This document shows, in pieces, positions 58,682-64,000 of a stretch of 64,000 nucleotides of DNA; position 1 is the stretch's first letter, and every line of letters starts with the position of its first letter. The position numbers were made by a program, and so were the translations under genes. Source of the DNA: Treponemataceae bacterium (GTDB lineage Bacteria; Spirochaetota; Spirochaetia; Treponematales; Rectinemataceae). The stretch lies in the NCBI GenBank assembly GCA_963678065.2, contig CAXXVZ010000003.1:512001-576000 (forward strand), read 5' to 3'. The notes under the pieces are model-generated. The model was not told the DNA's origin, ran no database searches, and saw only the letters and a list, made by a program, of their open reading frames with translations.

Positions 58682-60228
58682 TTTCCCTTGCAAGCTGCGA
58701 CGAAGCGGCTGCCTGCGACGCCGCGACACAAAAAATGGCCCTCCTCGCGGAGGGAACCCTCATGGAGATTGCGGCCCTCCGGCTCTGGGATGCTGTGCGG
58801 AAACTCCTCCCGGAATGCGGCGCAGGCGCGGGAAGATCCGGCGGAGGCGCCATCGTCGCCCTCTGCGGATCGGGCAACAACGCGGGGGATGCTCTCGCCC
58901 TTGTCCGGAATGCCGTGTTCTCAGGCTACGGCAACTGCGCCGCTGTCCTGTGCAGAGAGACTCACGGCTCTCTCGCTTCTGCGCACGCGGCCAGCCTGAA
59001 AGCCCTCGGGATTCCTGTCCTTTCCTGGACGGCGAAGCGGGCGGAATCGGAGGCAATTCTCGGGACCGCGGGTTTGATCGTGGACGGATTGGCTGGGACG
59101 GGACTCAAAGGCAGCCTGCACGGTCCGGCCCTCGAGGCTCTGCGCTTCGTTTCGGGACTGCCTTGCCGGGCACAGGGTGGGCCGGCCATCGCCGCCGTAG
59201 ACCTTCCTTCCGGGCTCGGTGACGGTATCCTGTCGGATTCCGAGGTAGTGCGGGCCGATTGGACGCTTTCCGTCGAGCCTCGCAAGCGGGCCCTCTACCT
59301 GCCGGCTTTTCGCAGATCGGTCGGGGTCGTGGTCCCGGTCGATGGGGTCCTTCCTGTGAACATGAGACCAGAGAGCAGGTCCTTCCTCATCGAGGCGTCG
59401 GACCTTGGCGATTTCCTTCCCGCCGAGAGGCCCTGGCACTACAAGGGAAGCCGCGGCAGGCTCGCCGTGTTCGCCGGGGGAGCCGGGACGACAGGCGCGG
59501 CCTCGCTCTGTGCCCGCGCGGCCCTCGCATCGGGGGCGGGCTATGTCGCCCTGTATTCCGAACCGGGACTCCAGGACATCCTGGCAGCGCGGCACGAGGA
59601 AGTCATGGTGAGACCGAATCCCGATCCGGCGGAGGGCTTCGATTTTTCGGCCTGGGATACCCTGCTCGCCGGTCCCGGATGGAAGGTGAACGAGGAAAAT
59701 GTGCGGAGACTGAAGGTCCTCCTGTCGGGAGGCCTTCCCGCTGTCCTCGACGCTGGCGCGATTCTCATGTACCGCGATCTCGCCGAAGGAGGCTTCCGTA
59801 CCTCGGCGCCCATCATCCTCACACCCCATCCCGGAGAATGCGCGAAGCTCTGCCGTTGTCGGCCGGAAGATCTCCTCGCCGATCCCGAAAAATTTTTGCC
59901 AAAGCTCGCGGAGTCGACCGGGGCGCACATCGTGTTCAAGTCTCACGTCACATGGATTGTCGCCCCCTCGAGGACGATACGGATATGGGACGGCATGGAG
60001 TGCGGGCTCGGAACCGCGGGTTCGGGGGATGTGCTCGCAGGGCTGGTGGCGGGTCTTCTTGCCCGCGAGGCGGCGGCGGGGCATGCGGATAGAGCGCTCG
60101 ATGCCGCCTGCGCCGCCGTCCTCGCCCACGGTATTTCCGGAAAAACCCTCCGGAATCGGGAAGGATGGTTCACGGCAGGGCGAATCGTCGAGGCCGCAGC
60201 CTTCATTCTCGGCTCGCCTGCGACTTAA
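58678..60228 (+). CDS. nnr: bifunctional NAD(P)HX epimerase/dehydratase
   Basis: CGSGNNAGD, VDGLAGTG, DLPSG, KGSRG, LTPHPGE, TAGSGDVLAG. Confidence 0.92.
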   Translation: MISLASCDEAAACDAATQKMALLAEGTLMEIAALRLWDAVRKLLPECGAGAGRSGGGAIVALCGSGNNAGDALALVRNAVFSGYGNCAAVLCRETHGSLASAHAASLKALGIPVLSWTAKRAESEAILGTAGLIVDGLAGTGLKGSLHGPALEALRFVSGLPCRAQGGPAIAAVDLPSGLGDGILSDSEVVRADWTLSVEPRKRALYLPAFRRSVGVVVPVDGVLPVNMRPESRSFLIEASDLGDFLPAERPWHYKGSRGRLAVFAGGAGTTGAASLCARAALASGAGYVALYSEPGLQDILAARHEEVMVRPNPDPAEGFDFSAWDTLLAGPGWKVNEENVRRLKVLLSGGLPAVLDAGAILMYRDLAEGGFRTSAPIILTPHPGECAKLCRCRPEDLLADPEKFLPKLAESTGAHIVFKSHVTWIVAPSRTIRIWDGMECGLGTAGSGDVLAGLVAGLLAREAAAGHADRALDAACAAVLAHGISGKTLRNREGWFTAGRIVEAAAFILGSPAT

Positions 60229-60324
60229 GGCCCCTGCGGGCGTAATTCAATCTTGACCCAAGCATTCCGATCATAATACTGTTGCTGCAATACGGGGCCG
60301 CGAACGGCCGGGAGCATCCGGAAG

Positions 60325-60744
60325 ATGATACAGTTCTACTTTCTGTCGATTGTCCTGAATATAGTCGGCGGATACGCCCTGTGCAGTGATATTCCCCTGC
60401 CAAAACCGGGGCCTTTCGATGGCGTCAGGACTTTCCTCCTCGACCGGACTGTGCGCCTCGTGCTCGGCATCCTCATGGCGGTTACAGGCGTATTCAAGCT
60501 CCTCAACGCGATCAGAGGAGATCTGCCCATCGTTGGCGATTTTCTTCCGGCAATGGCAGGCATCGCGGGCGGCGTCGCCCTCCTTGTCGAACTCTACAAC
60601 CAGCCCGAAGTAAATCCGGCAGGAGCTGAGCGCACTCCAGGCAAGGCAGAGAGGCTCTTCATGAAAAACAAGTCCGTCATCGGCATCGCCGCCATTATAA
60701 CCGGGGTCGTGCATTTTGCCTTCCCCACGGTTCTCTTCCTGTGA
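60325..60744 (+). CDS. small membrane protein (about 4 TM)
   Basis: Hydrophobic helices, IVGDFLPA. Confidence 0.75.
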   Translation: MIQFYFLSIVLNIVGGYALCSDIPLPKPGPFDGVRTFLLDRTVRLVLGILMAVTGVFKLLNAIRGDLPIVGDFLPAMAGIAGGVALLVELYNQPEVNPAGAERTPGKAERLFMKNKSVIGIAAIITGVVHFAFPTVLFL

Positions 60745-60751
60745 GGCCGGA

Positions 60752-61135
60752 ATGAGACGCTCCGTCGCAGCCATCGTCGTATCGGATGGAAAATTCTTCG
60801 TGGCGCGGCGTCCCTTCGGGGGCGCGCTCGGCATGATGTGGGAGTTCCCCGGTGGCAAGGTCGAGGAGGGCGAAACCGACGAGGAAGCGATTGTCCGCGA
60901 GTTCGACGAAGAATTCGGGGCGGCTGTCGTTCCGGTCCGCATGCTGGGCCAGACAGAATTCCTCCACAATGGCAGAGCGCGCGAACTGGCCGCCTGGCTC
61001 GTGACCTTACGTAGCGACGCTCATCTGGAACTCCGCGAACATACGGAGTGCCGCTGGGTAGGCAGACCGGAATTCGCCGATCTGCCGTTTGCGGATTCGG
61101 ACCGCTCGCTTCTGGGCTTCCTGAACGAGCTCTGA
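60752..61135 (+). CDS. NUDIX hydrolase (MutT-like)
   Basis: WEFPGGKVEEGETDEEAIVREFDEE Nudix box. Confidence 0.9.
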   Translation: MRRSVAAIVVSDGKFFVARRPFGGALGMMWEFPGGKVEEGETDEEAIVREFDEEFGAAVVPVRMLGQTEFLHNGRARELAAWLVTLRSDAHLELREHTECRWVGRPEFADLPFADSDRSLLGFLNEL

Positions 61136-61179
61136 AATATGCGGCGCTCGCGAGCGCCAGACGGGACATGGGTGGTCGT

Positions 61180-61422
61180 TCAATCCGACTCTTCTTCCTT
61201 TTCACCGAAAAGACTCAGCGCGGGCTTTTCCGATACTTCTCCGGGATCGTTGAGGAGAATCTCCACCTTGCCCTGGATTTTTTCCAGATCGCGCTCGAGA
61301 CCCTTCGACAGTTTTATGCCCTCTTCGAAGACCGACACCGCTTCCTCGAGGGGAAGATCCGGCTCGCGTATCTTCTCGGCGAGTTCCTCGAGCCGTGCAA
61401 GTCGCGATTCGAAATTTTTCAT
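61180..61422 (-). CDS. xseB: exodeoxyribonuclease VII small subunit
   Basis: FESRLARLEE, LEEAVSVFEEGIKL; coupled to xseA. Confidence 0.92.
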   Translation of the reverse strand: MKNFESRLARLEELAEKIREPDLPLEEAVSVFEEGIKLSKGLERDLEKIQGKVEILLNDPGEVSEKPALSLFGEKEEESD

Positions 61423-62624
61423 CTGTGTATCTCCTGTATGCTCGCATCGAGTTCTCCCTCTGCAAACCGCACCTGCAGCGCCTCGCCGAGGGCCAGACCC
61501 TCCACGCTTCTGAGGGCGCGCCCCGTTTTCATCCGCCGCACGATGGCAAAACCGCGCTCCATGACAGCCTGCGGACTCGACAGTTCGAGATCGCGCCGCG
61601 CGCGGTCGAGCCGATGCGCGCTGGAGGTGAGGATCTCGGCCATACTCCGCGAAAGGCAGTCCCTGGATTCGGCCTCCCTTCTCGCCAGCGGGGAGACCAG
61701 CCTCATGAAGTAGGCTTCCACCGCCCCCGGATCGAAACGCATGACCAGGCTGCGCGTGGCATCGAGCCGTGAACGCATCGAAGCTTCGAGTCCTGCGGCG
61801 AGCTGCCCGATCTCGCGGGCGATGACGGCGCGGCTTTCGGAAACAAGCTCGGCGGCGGCGCTCGGCGTGGGGGCCCGAAGATCGGCGGCAAAATCGCAGA
61901 GAGACCAGTCGGTCTCGTGTCCGACGGCGCTTATGACGGGGATGCGTGAACCTGCGACGGCGCGCACGACAGCTTCATCCGAGAAGGCGAGAAGGTCCTC
62001 GAGCGAGCCTCCGCCCCGGCCGATTATGATGACATCCCCGAGCGCGAAGTGGTTGGCCTCTTCTATCCGCGAGACTAGTTCAGCCGGGGCAGCCGCCCCC
62101 TGCACCGCGGCCGGCAGGATGACGATGTCGACGCCGCAGTTGCGACGCTTCAGGATCGAAAGAATGTCGCGGATGGCGGCTCCCCCAGGAGAGGTGATGA
62201 CGGCGACGCGGGAAGGCAGGCGGGGCAGGGGACGCTTGCGCTCCTGATCGAAGAGCCCCTCCGAGGCGAGCAGGCGCTTTCTCTCTTCCAGCTCGGCGAG
62301 GATGTCGCCGAGTCCCGCCTGCCGCATGGATTCCACGAGAATCTGATAGTTGCCCCTCGGCGGATAGACCGTGATGGAGCCGAAGGCCTTCACCTTCATG
62401 CCATCCCGGGGCTCGAAGCCGAGGCTGCGCGACTTGAAGCGGAACATGACGGCCTGGATCATGGCGCCTGGGTCTTTCAGGTTGAAGTAGAGGTGCCCCG
62501 AGCTCGCGCTCTTGCAGTTCGATATCTCGCCCACGATTGTGATGGACTGGAATCGTCCTTCAAGGCTTTCGCGGATGAGTCCCGTAATCTCCGATACGCT
62601 GTAGCTGTCCTGCGCAATTTTCAT
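61419..62624 (-). CDS. xseA: exodeoxyribonuclease VII large subunit
   Basis: GEISN, SGHLYFNLKD, RGGGSLEDL, SAVGHETD, APTPSAAAE. Confidence 0.95.
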   Translation of the reverse strand: MKIAQDSYSVSEITGLIRESLEGRFQSITIVGEISNCKSASSGHLYFNLKDPGAMIQAVMFRFKSRSLGFEPRDGMKVKAFGSITVYPPRGNYQILVESMRQAGLGDILAELEERKRLLASEGLFDQERKRPLPRLPSRVAVITSPGGAAIRDILSILKRRNCGVDIVILPAAVQGAAAPAELVSRIEEANHFALGDVIIIGRGGGSLEDLLAFSDEAVVRAVAGSRIPVISAVGHETDWSLCDFAADLRAPTPSAAAELVSESRAVIAREIGQLAAGLEASMRSRLDATRSLVMRFDPGAVEAYFMRLVSPLARREAESRDCLSRSMAEILTSSAHRLDRARRDLELSSPQAVMERGFAIVRRMKTGRALRSVEGLALGEALQVRFAEGELDASIQEIHR

Positions 62625-62796
62625 GCTTTACCTTGTGCTGCACTGGTTTTCGGCGCACGTCATCCAGATCTCGATTCCCGTCCGCGACAAGGAGGGCGAC
62701 GGTGTAGTGAAGGCTTCGCGAAAGGGCATGACCCATTCTAGCCTGAACTCGAGTGTCTGGCGCAAGAGGCGGCGATGAAGTAGACTGTGAGCCACC

Positions 62797-64000
62797 ATGA
62801 ACCCGCACGATCTGCCAGTATATCAGCAAAAAGATAAAATCCTTGAAGCCCTTGAATCGAACCAGGTTATCGTCGTCGAGAGCCCGACCGGATCGGGAAA
62901 GACTACTCAGCTTCCCGTAATCCTCCATGAGGCAGGCTTCTCGCGCTACGGCCTCATAGGCGTCACCCAGCCCCGAAGGATCGCGGCCCTCTCCGTCAGC
63001 GATTATATTGCCCGCCAGCTCGGCACACAGGTGCCCGGACTCGTCGGGTACAAGATGCGCTTCGAAGACAAAACTGACCACACGACGGCCATCAAAATCA
63101 TGACAGACGGCATCCTCCTCCAGGAAATGAAACTGGACCCGGCGCTCTCCAGATATTCCGTCATCATGGTCGACGAGGCACACGAGCGGAGCCTCAACAT
63201 CGATTTCGTCCTGGGACTCCTCAAACGCGTCATCGAGGCGCGCCCGGAGTTCAAGGTCATCGTTTCGTCGGCGACAATCAACGCCGAGGTCTTCTCCGAA
63301 TTCTTCGGCGAGTGCCCTGTCGTGAAGATCGACACCCAGGTCTATCCCGTCACCGTAATCTACGATCCGCCCGCTCTTGCCGCCCCCGGAGAAGGCAACG
63401 ATGCTCTCATGGAGAAGATCGAACAGATCGTCTCCCGGATCATCAATGAGGAGAGGGAAGGGGACATCCTCGTCTTCCTCCCTGGAGAACGCGCCATAAA
63501 GGACTGCTGGAAGCGTCTGGCTTACTGTCCGGTCGGAGCCCGCCTTCACTTCATACCCCTCTACGCCAGGCTCGGAAAGGACGAGCAGGAGCGCGTCTTC
63601 GAGAAAGCTCCCGAAGGCCTCGTCAAGATCGTCATCTCGACGAACATCGCCGAGACCAGCGTCACGATAGACGGAGTGACGAGCGTGATCGATTCCGGGC
63701 TCGCCAAGCTCAACTACTACAACCCGCGCACCTTCACGTCGAGCCTCATCGAGACGCCGACATCCAAGGCCTCGTCGAATCAGCGGAAGGGAAGGGCGGG
63801 GCGCACGAGACCCGGCACCTGCTACCGCCTCTATCCGCGTCAGGATTTCGAGAACAGGCCACTTTTCACCACTGAGGAGATATACCGCACCGACCTCTCG
63901 GAAGTTGTCCTCAGGATGGCGGAACTCGGAATAACCGAATTCGACCGTTTCGAGTTCATCTCCCAGCCGGCCAAATCGGGGCTCGCGGGCGCCGTCGACA
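62797..64000 (+). CDS. hrpA: DEAH-box RNA helicase HrpA (3' end outside window)
   Basis: Manual translation from ATG 62797: SPTGSGKTTQ, TQPRRIAA, DEAH, SAT, TNIAETS, QRKGRAGR. Confidence 0.92.
   Translation, partial: MNPHDLPVYQQKDKILEALESNQVIVVESPTGSGKTTQLPVILHEAGFSRYGLIGVTQPRRIAALSVSDYIARQLGTQVPGLVGYKMRFEDKTDHTTAIKIMTDGILLQEMKLDPALSRYSVIMVDEAHERSLNIDFVLGLLKRVIEARPEFKVIVSSATINAEVFSEFFGECPVVKIDTQVYPVTVIYDPPALAAPGEGNDALMEKIEQIVSRIINEEREGDILVFLPGERAIKDCWKRLAYCPVGARLHFIPLYARLGKDEQERVFEKAPEGLVKIVISTNIAETSVTIDGVTSVIDSGLAKLNYYNPRTFTSSLIETPTSKASSNQRKGRAGRTRPGTCYRLYPRQDFENRPLFTTEEIYRTDLSEVVLRMAELGITEFDRFEFISQPAKSGLAGAVD

Noticed and set aside
61143..61158. Perfect 16-bp palindrome GGCGCTCGCGAGCGCC
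   Set aside because: Single GC-rich copy between convergent genes; most simply a terminator-like hairpin

Overview
GC-rich bacterial chromosomal segment, almost certainly from a spirochaete (Treponema/Rectinema-like). This is inferred from the E-DUF2764-A-B-D-I-K V-type ATPase order and the rplU-rpmA-obgE-nadD and ispE-spoVG-rplY-tilS-ftsH neighbourhoods. It is mostly core genome: sugar-phosphate genes (eukaryote-type UGPase, glk, pgm), nrdR, an EF-G paralog, 3 tRNAs, a probably Na+-coupled V-ATPase, ispG/ispE, mfd, ligA, argS, secA, nnr, xseAB and hrpA. I found no IS, prophage, integron or CRISPR array. The strongest oddities are: (1) a LoaP/NusG-paralog heading a coupled operon for a xanthine-dehydrogenase-like trio with eroded Moco-binding motifs plus an RsmI-like methyltransferase; (2) a 44-codon AT-rich synonymous patch inside secA with dif-like and promoter-like sequences, and a smaller palindromic patch in the V-ATPase A gene; (3) an EF-G paralog with broken GTPase motifs under a consensus promoter; (4) an L27 with a shortened N-terminal tail; (5) a structured leader before the V-ATPase operon; (6) an extremely acidic small protein with its own promoter. 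All calls are from manual reading; no database searches were run.
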